Origin: Paraspadella gotoi
Lineage: Eukaryota > Animalia > Chaetognatha
Reading direction: 5' to 3'
Assembly: GCA_051294375.1 (NCBI GenBank)
Contig: CM119264.1
Span: forward strand, 15,272,355 to 15,336,354
Length of the DNA stretch: 64,000 nt
The first letter of the stretch is position 1, and the number at the start of each line of letters is the position of its first letter. The notes under the pieces are model-generated. The model made no database searches. It worked only from the letters and a program-made list of their open reading frames with translations, and was not told where the DNA came from. Shown here piece by piece: positions 25,828-38,100 of this stretch. A program made the translations under genes and the position numbers.

Positions 25828-27540
25828 GTAATTATGGGTTAAAATTAGTAAAAATATTCAAGAAAATGTGACTTATATTTTTTTCGAATGGACGGACATT
25901 TTTTTTTTCATAATTTATCATAATTTGATGTCCTGTCATGATTTAAGATAATGCCCGACAAGATTGAGGGGGCGGACCGACGGACCGACAAAGTGAATTA
26001 TAGAAAATTATTTGTTTGTATGGTACGAACTATTACGATCAGTTAGGATAAAAAATTAAAAGAACTATCGTCATCTGATTACTTGCTTAATTATCGTAGG
26101 CAGATCCGACTTTGTTTGCTCAAACTTGTTTTCATTCATTTCGGTTTTATTTCATTTGCTTCTTTGAGAAAAAAAGTAAAATAAGAAAGATTATTTTTTT
26201 TTAGTAACAAAATAGGATAAATATTATTTCATATAAGAATTTGATTTGCAGGAAAATGTATGCAACTATTTGCATGTGCATATATATTATATTTCAAAAT
26301 ATTCTTTGATGTAAAAGTATAAAATTAGTTGAAAGAAAAAAAGAAAAAAACACTGGATGGGCAAAAAAAAGGGAAAAAGTAAAGGCAAAGGGAGAAAAAA
26401 AGGGAAAAAGAAAGCAACAGAAGGAAATAAAGTGAGGGGAAGAAAGAATAAGAGAAATATTAGAATAAAAAAAAATTAAGAGTTGAAAATAAAGGGAAAA
26501 ACGGGGGAAAAATGGAGAAGAGAAAGAGGGGGAAAATATGGTGAGAAAGGGAGAGGAGAATAAGAGAGGATGCAGAAAGCGATGCCTTTTTATTCGCGAA
26601 TAATTTTTTAGTTTCGTTTAGATCGATAGAATCATTTGTTTCCGTTGAATATCTGAATTTGCTCTTCCCCGCGATCAGCTGTTACAAGAGCTAACTAACG
26701 AGCATGTTTCAGTTTAATCTTTCACAAGACTTTTACTCTCAATTCAAACACGTGTAAAAATGAAAAGGAAAATACTTTAAATAATGTTTTGTGTAAATCT
26801 GGAACCCAAATTGAAGGTTAGTTTACATTGGAATTATATTGAATTACTTAGGTTATATATGTTACTTTTAAGTTTAAAGTTTATTTAATACTAATTTAGC
26901 ATTGTCTATTTTTTGTAGTTTTAACTTGAACTTGTCACTCTTCATCTTCTTCACATCACATTGGTTCCTCGCTTACTTGTCTACTTACCATGAATCTACT
27001 TACCCGAGATTGGAAATTGTATCATCTCAAAATGTGGTTACTGTTTCTGCTTTATTACATGGTTCTAAGAATATAAGGTTATAGTTAAGGTGTTTTACAT
27101 GTTAGAACTGTTTGGTTTCCAAAGATACTTATTTGAGAGCAGTTGAACACGGATTTGAATTCAATAATTAATTAGGGCACAAATTAGGGCACTCTCGAAG
27201 AATAGAGATGAAACTTAGATTTGTTTTATTTGCGATAATCTCGGATTATCTAGGTCGCGCGTTAAGAAGCGCTTCAGGGGATGAGGAAAAAATCTTTTAA
27301 ATCTTTTAAAAAAATCTTTTAAAAAAATCTTTTAAAATTTAAAGATTTTATACCAAAAAAAATCATATTTGAAAATTAACGGAAATTCACAGTTAATATA
27401 GTCAGTGTCAACGAAAAGCCTTTCTTAAACTATTGATTTCAAACTAATAAAATTACTACTTTCTAGGGTTTCATTTAATTCTTCGGGTCATTCTTGATTT
27501 TAAAAATCGGTTTGGAATATCTCTGTCATTAAGCACAACG

Positions 27541-28831
27541 CACAGTCATCGAAATATTTTTTTTACTCGGAAAAAGGGTGGTACATCATATGTTAATAAT
27601 TTTTTGTTTAATTTCGTTTAATCCGTCCAGGTGTATCACAAGAACACTGTCTTATGATATCGGGTTGTAAAAATTATTCATATCGGAGATATAAGGCTTT
27701 TCTTTTTTTGGAGCTCACTTTGTTTCGTTATTTGTAGACATTTTAACAATAAAAACCTAATTTTTTTTTACTCATTGTCAATAACTGGATAGTTTGTATG
27801 GACTGAATTATAAATTGCTTGAACAGCATTTTACTGTATATAAGTTTTCAAATACTAGCCTAAAGTCTATATGGAAGCACGCGGAAGCACGGCAATTTCC
27901 ACTGCATTTAATGATGCATCATATCAGGAAGCTCCCATATTTGACTTTTTGTCCGCCGTGTCCGGCATGGTTAATTATAACCAAATGACTTTTGAAATAT
28001 TTTTTTTTACAAAATTCGATACAACTAATTTATTTTGTACAATATTCTTTTAAAAGAAATTTTTAATTTAAAAAAAGAAAAACCTTAGTTCTTAACTAGA
28101 ACAATTATAACACGGAGAAAAAAAAAAAGCAAAAAATGACTCTGTCGAAGTGCTGCTGCGCAGGGGGACGCGTCACTTATTTTTTCGCGTTCAATGTGAT
28201 CAGTCGCTTTCGCTTATTTTTGGCGCTTTTTTCGATTATTATCGGGACTTTCCTTCGATATGACTACTTTTTCATATCGAACTTTAATTCTCACGCTCGT
28301 CATAATGTCTTCACACGACGATCGCAAGAAATCGCGCGACAAATCTGCTTCGACCAAGGGTTTGAGGGATCCTGAGTTGCACATGGGCGCGAAACATTCT
28401 TATATCATATTTCTTATCATCAATTCCATAATCCTCTTTATTGGTTTTGTTTTTATGATGACGCCTAATTTATAAGGCCATGAAAATTTTTTGTGGAAGG
28501 AAATTTAAAATAATATTAAAACTGGAAAGCTGTGATGGAAACTAAAAAACATTTAGATACTTGATTAATTCAATACGAAATTTAGTGTTTAGAATCGTCT
28601 CTTACTGTTTTTATTTAAAAAAAATTCAGGAAATGATCAAAGAAAACCATGATAGAATTATTTTCTCTTTTACCAAATTTAAAAAATCTTACAAACATAT
28701 TTACCATTTTATAAGGTAACGAATAAAGTTTTTTAAATATAACTACTTACAATATAACAACCTACTAAAAATCAACTAATTGCACGATTGGCATAGTTTT
28801 TCCGAGAAAAAACCTCATTTCGATCACTGTG
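27541..28831. mobile_element. Transib-like non-autonomous element
   Basis: CACAGTCATCGAAAT...ATTTCGATCACTGTG; 5-bp TSD CAACG. Confidence 0.85.
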
Positions 28832-29183
28832 CAACGCGCTGTTGCTTTTTCTAAGACTTCAAAATTCGCTATGACAAAAGTTCTTTCAGAGTTTTTGAAC
28901 TAATTGAGCTTAAAAAATCTATTTTAACCATCGCGTTATCTACTTTAACTATTGGCTTAAAAAAAGGAAAATTTTTAAGCTTTTCGCGAGAAGAAATGGA
29001 GCGTAAACACCCATGTCTTAGTTAGAATCAGCGATTTTTTCCTTTAAATCTAAGCGTTATTATCTTCTCTTTCTTTCTCTCTCTCTTTTTTTCTTCTTTC
29101 TTTCTGTCTCTCGTTCTTTTTTTTCTCTTTCTCTCCTTTCTTTCTCTCTTTTTTTTCTCATTTTCTCTTTCTCACAATCTCTT

Positions 29184-29214
<31 letters not shown>

Positions 29215-29236
29215 TTTTTTCTCTTTTTTTGCGTTC

Positions 29237-29563
29237 TGAAGAGACAGTAATTATTATTATGTGTTAGTGCATTGCCAGGTTGAGGCATGTCGCTTGAATG
29301 TGTTGTTGCTGTTGTTCGGAAGTCGGGCTCACCAACAAAAGAGACAGTAATTATTATTATGTGTTAGTGATAGAACCGTTCAATATAAGCAGTCCCTGAG
29401 CTTCGGATCAGGCTGTAACATCAAGTTACAGGCGAGTTAAGCGCCCCGTCCCTGCTAGGCGGCCACCGGGCTCGAAACCCGGACCTTTGGGTTGGGAGGC
29501 GAATGACTTGCCTCCGACACTAATGGCCGCTGATAAACGGTTGGTGGATTTTAGTCCACCATA
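29237..29563 (-). mobile_element. Family D element: 5' LTR (29337-29563; tRNA-like 29459-29530, twister 29388-29456), PBS, ~50-bp internal remnant and 3' tip of the second LTR
   Basis: TSD GTTC (29233-36 / 29564-67); PBS TGGTGAGCCCGAC (29334-29322) resembles the tRNA-Trp 3' end; T-arm CCGGG-TTTCGAG-CCCGG. Confidence 0.85.
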
Positions 29564-29721
29564 GTTCTTTCTTTCTGTATGGCAAGGTTGCCCATAATCT
29601 TTCTTCTCTTTCTTTTTTGAAGAGAACCTCGCGTCGTGACCTTTTTTGATCATTTTTTTTCTCTCGGTCCATTTTCAATGCCGGTCATTTTTTTTTGGTG
29701 ACCGATTTTCAGTCGTTATAA

Positions 29722-30003
29722 GTATAAGGCGATAAGTGGGCAGAAGATGACTATCCGGAATTTCTATAACCCCCTCTAGCAGACATGGAACGGGTCCTGG
29801 GCTTGGAACCAGGCTTGAGGGTTTGCCACGCCCCCAAGGCGGCTTACGGCCGTCCTCACTCTTCCCGCAGGGTAGGTACCGGGTTGGGATTGAACCCGGT
29901 ACCTAGTGGTCATGAGCTGATGGCTTTACTCAATGAGCCACCTGGTCACAACTGAAAGAGTCATGCTTATAGGCGGGGTGAACCTAGGCAATGCCCGACT
30001 ACA
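29722..30003 (-). mobile_element. LTR, family C: A/B boxes (29928-40, 29886-96) followed by a twister (29790-29868, U29846^A29845)
   Basis: GCGGG(P5)-GAGT-GA-GGA-CGGCCG-TAA-GCC-GCC-P3-G-CCTGG-TTCCAAGC-CCAGG-A-CCCGT; left boundary and TSD unresolved. Confidence 0.75.
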
Positions 30004-30151
30004 TAGAACCATTTATTGAATGAACGTCGCGCGTCCGAAAACCGTCATTTTTACGGTTTTTCGCGACTTGATATTGTCACGAATTTGTTTCTTTCTGCTG
30101 CGACTTCGTCACGACAGTTAAAATTGTTTCTTTTATTTCAGAAAAAAATTT

Positions 30152-30559
30152 TGAAAGATCCCCCCTCCTCGACCTAGCGGAGAGGGAGAAGACGGCGCCA
30201 GAAAGTTAATAATAAAGTTTCTTATGCCTTGGGGAATCGTCTTGATATTTAATGGTACCTTAATAAAATAATCAAAGCATATAGATATTCAGCTGTTCTT
30301 ACCGGCGAACAATTGTAATATCTATATGATCACAATTATTCACAAAGGAAAAAGTAATAAGACGCAATAGATCACAAAGTTAAGCGGCTCTTTCTTATAT
30401 CCATTCCAAAACGTGAATGAGAAATGTTTACACTCTTTATACAATATTAAAGTCTTTTATTTACATGCAGCTTCTTTCCGCAGCCGACGGACAGCAGACG
30501 ACGGGCCCCGCTGACCGAACGGGCCGTATTGAATAATAAGTGGTCGTCAGGACTTTACA
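30152..30559. mobile_element. Solo LTR (TG...CA)
   Basis: TGAAAGATCC...GGACTTTACA terminal inverted repeat; TSD ATTT. Confidence 0.65.
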
Positions 30560-31709
30560 ATTTTTGTCACGACCAAGAATAGACGTTTGGACCGTTTGGG
30601 AACTCGCGTTTTACTTTTACTAAACTAGAGATTTAGGCAGCAGAACTTGTCAAACCCTCATTTCTTTTCTTTTTTTCTTTCTTCCTTCCTCTATCCTTTT
30701 TTCTTTCTTTATTTCTTTGTTTTTTTGGTATTATTTATTCTTTAGTTTATGCTCCAAATAATTCGGTAACTCGCGATTTTTGTTTCGATTTTGGTTGCTT
30801 AGCAGATTTAGTAGAGATGAGCATCGTTCGAATCGAAGCTCCGATCAAGATCCTTTATATTTCACTTCTATTCAAAACTGCATAGTCAGGGCCCAAAAAA
30901 ATTATATCAATATGGGCAGATTTCGAAAGCTTGGCGTCTTGGGAAGCCAATGGAGGTAGAGCGCGATCTAAATTCCCATTTTATCATGCCCAAAAATGGT
31001 ATTTAAATAGACTGGTCAGGTCGTTTTTTCCCTATTCCAAGAAAACCTCCTGGCTCTTGAGTAAAAAAGACCAAATCATACATATTAGTACAGTTTTCGA
31101 AACCTTATTGTCTTCTCTACATGATGAAAAAAGCAAAATTAAAATTCTTGCAATCTTAATTGCTTGATAAAGCAATCAAATGAACTGGTTTTTTAGGTGA
31201 AAACTGCATAGTCCAAGCCTTCATTTTTTTTAATTTTTGACACAATTGACAGAAACTGTATTGATTTTACTATTCAAATCAGGTAGAGCGCGGGCTTAAT
31301 TCAAAAGCGTTTTCTCAATATAATGCAAAATTTAAAAAAAGTTCAATAAAAACTCATTAAAAACAAAAATCGTCGCACAGTGTTGCTTGTGAGTCCCAAA
31401 TGCTAGAAAAATAAATTTTTAAATTTTTTATATTATTATATAATATATAAAAATATTTATATAAATATAATTATAGTTTTAAAAATATTTTTTTTATTCA
31501 ATCTGAGAAAGGTAGTACTATATATTATGTATATATATGTATAAAAAATTATATTTTACAATAAAATTAATTAATTTTTTTAAAACTGCGAGTTTTTTTT
31601 ATCATGGTATAATTAAAAAATATAAGATTAAAATAAAATTTTAATTTTAATAAAATATAATAATCATATTAAATATAATAAATTTAAAAAATTTTTAATT
31701 TTTAATAAT

Positions 31710-31742
<33 letters not shown>

Positions 31743-32149
31743 ATTTTTTTTTTTTAATTTTATTTTTTTAATTATAATTATTATTTTTATTATTATTATT
31801 ATTTTTATTAGTATTATTATTATTATAATATTATTATTATTATTTTATTATTATTATATAATCTGATAATAATATATATTTTATTATAAAATAATTTTAT
31901 TTTATTTATTTAAAATTATAAAAAAATATATTTTAATTATTTTAATATTCAAATAAATTTTAAAAAAATTATTTTTATAATTCATATATAATAAAAAATC
32001 TTAAAAGCATAAGGATCGAGCCGCTTTCGATGGTAACCAAATATTGATGCGATGATAACCAAATATTGACGCGATGATAACCAATAATTGATGCAATGAT
32101 AACAAAATGACTGATGTGATGATAATCAAATGATTGATGCGATGATAGT

Positions 32150-35100
32150 TGTAAAGAGAGGTCGTACGAGCGAGCGACTTGGCGTCATATCGTAAACAAC
32201 GATCATTTGTTTATTGTAGTCAAGGAGTTAAAAATCCTCAGTACTGTTTACGCGACGCCAGGGAGCTCCAGCTTACGGACAGAGGAAAACAAAAAGACAC
32301 TCCCGGATGAAGTCCACCAAGTATGATATTGAGATGAGAAATGATTATTTATTGTTTGCTAATTTACTTTGCTTTGAAGGTCTTTAACACTACAATCCAT
32401 TCTACATTGGCGATTACATCATCAATTACGTTACTGACAGTGGAATATTCATCATAGGGACCTTTTTAGGCTGAGGCGTTAAACAGTACTAAATATTAAA
32501 GACTTGTAAATCTTCAACGGGAAACTAATGAATTAAACTAACTCAACAAACTATTTAATTAAAATAAAAATACGCCGAAGCAACCTGGAACTTGGGAGAC
32601 TTTGGCTTCCGAGAACTGGGTCTAAATAATAACATAACCTTGTTCGCGTTCTAGCTGTGAACCGACTGAGGAGTTTGGAGGAACGCGGGAGCCGCCGATA
32701 AGGGCCCTGCCGGGTGCCAAACATTTTTCACTACTCTCAGGGCCGGGTCTATTGTGACCGGGTCATTAAGTTGGGCACACGGCCGAAGCAGAAGCCTACG
32801 CAACGTGAGTTACAAAAAAAATGCCATCATCGCACGGTGGCGACGATGGAACTTTGGCAAATTTGAAAGGGTTTTTTAATAACACATTAAATCAAAATGA
32901 ACGAGGTGTACGAAGGTTCGTAAAAGAATTACAAAACGAACTAGATAAATTCACAAAGCTTTATGACGATGCCAAAGTTCCGTTGGAGGTTAGGGCGGTC
33001 GAGCGGGTCGAATGGGCTCGCGAGTCTGCCCGGACAATGCACATTGAACTGTCACGTTTTATCACTGTTAACCCTGCACTTGAAACCGATCGTGTTAAGT
33101 CACTGTTAGATGATAATCTTGATTGTTCGGTACGGGCACTTTAAGGGCACGCCCTATATTAGTTGTGGGAGCTGAGAACGCCGCGCCAGTTGACGAGGGA
33201 GTTGAGGATACTGTTGAGGAAAATTTAGATATTGAAGGGTCTGTTCATACTATTGCTGCGTCGTCCGTATCCGCGATCCCCCGTATCACCCCACCTCAAG
33301 TTCTAAACCCCTCGCCGAGGTCACGCCGAGTCTCGCGTCGAGCATTGGGTAGCGACGTCGCCTTCAGTGTACACGTCGCCGAAATCCGCCGCAGGCATCT
33401 CCGCGTATTTGAAGCCATCGAACGCCAGCGTCAGATCGTCGAAGCTGGAGGGCGTCTCGGTAACGAAGTCCACTCGATCGTCTCGCGAGACGATCCGTCA
33501 GAGGTTGGTTCTCGACCTAGAGAGAGTTGAAGATGAGCGTCGTGCATTTGAGGAAGCGAAAGAAAAGAATAAAATTGAGAAAGAGAGAAAAAGAGTAGAA
33601 CGTGAAAGCAGAGAAGAGGAGGAAGCTTTGGAAGCGAAAATTAAGGAGGTCCGTAAGAGAAAAGAGGAAAAAATGAGAGAGGCGGAGAAAAGAGAGAAAG
33701 CGATAGAATTCGAATTTCAACAAAAAGGCTATTGAAATAAGAAAGAAAGAGCAGTAAAAGAGAGATTATCACGAATTAGTGGAGACAAGCTCTGAAGAAG
33801 ACCTGTATTCTTGTAGATCGGAGACGGTGGTCGTACGAGGCGTCCCGTCGGAGCGTCGTGAGTCGCCGAAGCGGACGTCATGTTGAGGAGCGCCCGATCG
33901 TTCGATACGCCGCGTCGAGGAACGCTCCGATCGTCGAACGTCATGATGAGGGAACGCCCGATCGCCGCGACGCACGTTGAAGACTTCGCCGGAAACTACG
34001 GTGCCAAAATCGATCATTACTACGGTGAGGGGAGTGAAAGGAAAGGGAGGAAAGAAAAGAAGAAGGAAGATAATTTAATCAAGCTCATGAGGGACTTACT
34101 TGAGGAAAGAGAGAAGCAGAGAATCGACAGAACATTATTGCCGCCGCCGGCCGGCCCGCGTATTCTTCGCCGCCGTGCGCGCCTCGCCGCCGCCCGTTCC
34201 GTCGCGCCGCGATAATTCCGTCCGTCCGCCTGCCAGTTTTGTCCGAATCGCCGCGTTTTGCCGATCGCGCCGCGGCCGCGGATAGTCCCGCCGGCGCCGC
34301 CCGTCGTAATAAACGCCGCCAGTGGTACCAGCCGTTTCGCCGCCGCGGGTAGTAACGCCACAAATTCATTTGACGCCACCGTTAGTAACGCACATGCAGT
34401 GCACACAGAGCCGTCCCAATCGTCCGTGCCGCTCGTGACGCCGCCATTGCTGTCGCCGCTTGAATTGTAACGAGTTGTTGAGGTTTCGAAGTCGTCGGTC
34501 GATGTACAAGGCTGTTCATGTCGAAGCGAGTCGCGGCCGAATCGCCGCGCCCGTGCGTAGAACCGCTCGAGGAACCAACCAGAAAAGAAAGAATCGATCA
34601 AATCATAGTACCACAGCGAGAGGAAGGCACTCACACAACTATGCATATTACAAAACACAGACAGACCAAGCACTGAGTCTTATAGACAAAGCGTCCAAAG
34701 TTAAAATTTTCCCGGAAGGATCGTCGAGTAGACTTTGAGTCGCAGCTTAAAATTTGTTTGAGTCTACTCGAGTAAAGTCGTCGGTGTCACTGACGAATGG
34801 CTTATGTCAGAGTTGATAAGAATATTGTATCGGTAGACGCGGGCATCCATAGTATCACAACATGAGGCGTCGGGAAACCACACTAAGGCTTTGAAGGAGG
34901 TTTAGTTGGCATTGGAAATAGAATTTGGTCGAAAGAACTTTACAGGCGCAACAAATGTTAGAAGATTGTTAAAGGACCAAAGATTTCTGAGAAAGATTTC
35001 GCCGAATCGAGGACTTTCATTTAGAAATGGAAAAATTCTACAAAAGGGCCATAGAGAAAACCGCGCCGCGACGTTCTCCACAGAGAAACATATATCGAAA

Positions 35101-38100
35101 TCAAAATATCTACAGAAAATTCCGTTCTTGCGAATCCGGTAGCAAAGAGGATACGAAGCATGAGTTTGTCGATATTGAAGAGTGAAAATCGAAGAAGGAG
35201 ATCTTGAAGTTGAAGTTCGATGAGTTCCTGGAGATAGTGAAGGAAGTGACGAGATCAAAGGAAACTATGGGAATCTTGAGTGAAGCAAAGTTCGTCGTCG
35301 TCGTCGCAGCCGAAAAGTCGTACGGAGTGAACAACTCCCTAGCGCGAGGACTTACGGAGAAGTCCGTAAGAACCATGTTTCTGTTCGTGCAGCCGCAGCC
35401 ACTCTTAGCTAGAAGGCGACAGTCCGCCGCCAATCGAAGCTTTTCCAATCCCAATTCTGACCCTACAATCACGCTCGCAAGAGGACAAGGCAAATCAAAG
35501 TGTGACTTTTGTGAAAAAGCTCACTTGGTCACAGGGGTTTGGTTCAAAATTCCTGAGTTGACGATTGACGAGAGGGTGAGCTGGATGAACAGAGAAAGGT
35601 TTGTGTCGACCTTTGTTCGGGCGAGGACACATTGCAAGGGACTGTTCCAATCTTATGGTAGGAGTCTACGTCGTTCTTAGAATCGAGGAAGATTTTTTGG
35701 AAGATTTTCGTTTAAAATCTGATACCAACTATGTCAACGGCCCTGGGAAAAATTCGGGTAAAAAAATAGATGTAAAAACACTTCGATTCCGATCCTGTTC
35801 ATCTGAAGGCTTCGCATTTTTTTTCTCTTGACAAATAACCATCATTTTGACATCGAACTATTCGATTCATGGACTGGTCGCGCTCGGAAAATATTTTTGA
35901 CCAGCAATTTTTATATATAAAATTAAAGGGATTTCTCACTTCAATACAATGTCAACGGCATTTAAGGTATGTTGTCATCTTTACAATAAATCGAATCAGG
36001 AAGTCCGATAGCATATGTCTGAAGGGTCTCAAATTTTTCTTTACATTTTATGGTTAATTTAATATGATACGATCATGGTAAATGAATTAGTCCATTTTGG
36101 TGAAATTTTTATTTACAAGTAAAAGTAAAAGAGGAGCTAACGATCGGAAATTCTAGAGTTTTCAACGGAGTCAGATTGGAAAAAATCTTATATGGCGAAA
36201 ATCTTCCAAAGAAGGGGTGGATTTCCAAAGATTTTGGTTAATATTTCTTATTTATGGTCGGATTTTTTTTAAACTTAAAAATAACAATATTGCCATCATT
36301 CTACATTGGCGCGACAAGAATATATAAAAAAAACCTAGACTTTTTTTCGTCAGAGATTAGTCCTACTTATGGGCTGCCAAACGTGGCGGTCAAAGGCATC
36401 ACGCATCCATTCACAGAGAGGAGTCGAATCAGGAACAGAGTTCTTCTTGACTAGCTGCAGCGTACGTGACGACAGGAGCATTTCGACCGATAGTTCCAGT
36501 CGTCGTGAAAAGCGGACATAGGTCGGTCGTTACGTACGCTTTATTAGATAGCGGCGCTACCCGTTCAGCCATGTCATGAAATTAGCGAGAGAATTAGATT
36601 TAGCAACGTACGCAGAATATACAAATTTAACAACTTATGACAAAGTGTCAAGAACCTGGGAGATTATGGTGACATCGAATTGACGAATTTAGAAAATACG
36701 TTTTCAACCGAAATAAGAAAAGTTATGGTAGGAGAGATATTAACGACAGAGACAGACCGACCGACTCGAAACGAAGAAATCGAAGATTATCAGTACATGA
36801 AAGGAGTTGAGTTTATCGAATTGGAAGATGACTCGGTCGAAATGATACTCGACGCGAGATTGGCACATACTTGGGTCGGAGGTGAGACGAGAAAAGGACC
36901 TGAAGGTTTATCCTGTTGCGCTGAAGACAGTGTTCGGGTGGACATTAGTGGGAGCGAGTGAAAACGAAAGCGGGGAAACACATTAGTTGCTGTTCAACGA
37001 CACATGAGCATGAGAAGTTGGAGTATTTGATTGCATCGATGTTTCGTTCATGACTTTTTGATGAGAGGAACTGAGAATATCCGTCTGAGGTGCAGATCTC
37101 CGTCGGCTGAAACAGTTTATGCTTTAGAGCAGCTGGAGAACGAGATTTATTTTAACGAAAAGACCGGTCATTACGTAGCGCCGTCGCCGTGGAAAAAGGA
37201 AGGGAAAAGACTGCCGAGTTTCTCGAAACGATTAAAGACGAGGTGGTGAAAAACGCGGAGAGGCAGAGCGAGGAAGTTGGCGAACAAGATGCGGAAGGAT
37301 CCGTTGCTGAAGGAGGGGGTGTTCCGAACGATGGAGGAGACGATCGAATTGGGCCATGCGAGAAAGGCCGTAGTGGAGCATCCGCCGCCGGGTCCAGCCG
37401 GAATGTTTCGCACCGTTGCTCGTCGTCACGAGAGCGGACAAGCCGGGCAAGTTCAGAATTGTCAAGATGCAGCATCGAGAGTGAATGGGAATGCGCTGAA
37501 TGATCACTTGATTGGAGGGCCGGACAACCTCACTCCGTTAATTGGTATGTTGCTGAAGTTCCGCAGAAAGAGATATACGATTTCCGCAACATCAAGGGGT
37601 TCTTCCATCAAGTCGATTACATCCAAAAGACGTAGCAGCCTTTAGATTACCACTGGTATACAGACAAATCGATGCAGACGTGGAGGTTCACGAGCCGCTG
37701 GTACACGTGTTCGGGGGGAGCGGGCAGTCCAGGGGTCGCGACGTTCGTGCTGCAGTATCACGGGAAAGAAGCTGAGTTTCACTGGAGAATTTTCACCAGA
37801 AGTGATCATCGCGGTTTTTCCTCAAAGTTTATGTGGATGATTATCTCGACGCGCTTGGACGGCATTAAAGAAGCTAGAAAGATTGCGGTTGAGACATGAC
37901 GGAGGCGATGAAGAGAGCGGGTTCGAGCTCACAAAGTGGCAAGCTTCACATCCTCAAATCCTGGTGGACGATCCAGAAGGAGATGAAGAAGAAGATGAAA
38001 CGGCGAACGAAGCAGTTGACGGGGGGTTGGAGGAAGAACTGGAGGATAATCTCGAGGGCTTTGGCCGGGGAATGCAATGCCGGAGGATCCGTCGCTCGAT

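Noticed and set aside
25455-25871. CRISPR-like array or repetitive ORFs
   Set aside because: Identical tandem units without spacers, no cas genes and a eukaryotic intron; the ORFs are artefacts of a stop-free repeat.
29459-29530. Genuine tRNA gene (also 8825-8896 and ~45000-45070)
   Set aside because: Anticodon and D arms pair poorly, and each lies inside a TSD-flanked LTR; treated as tRNA-derived modules.
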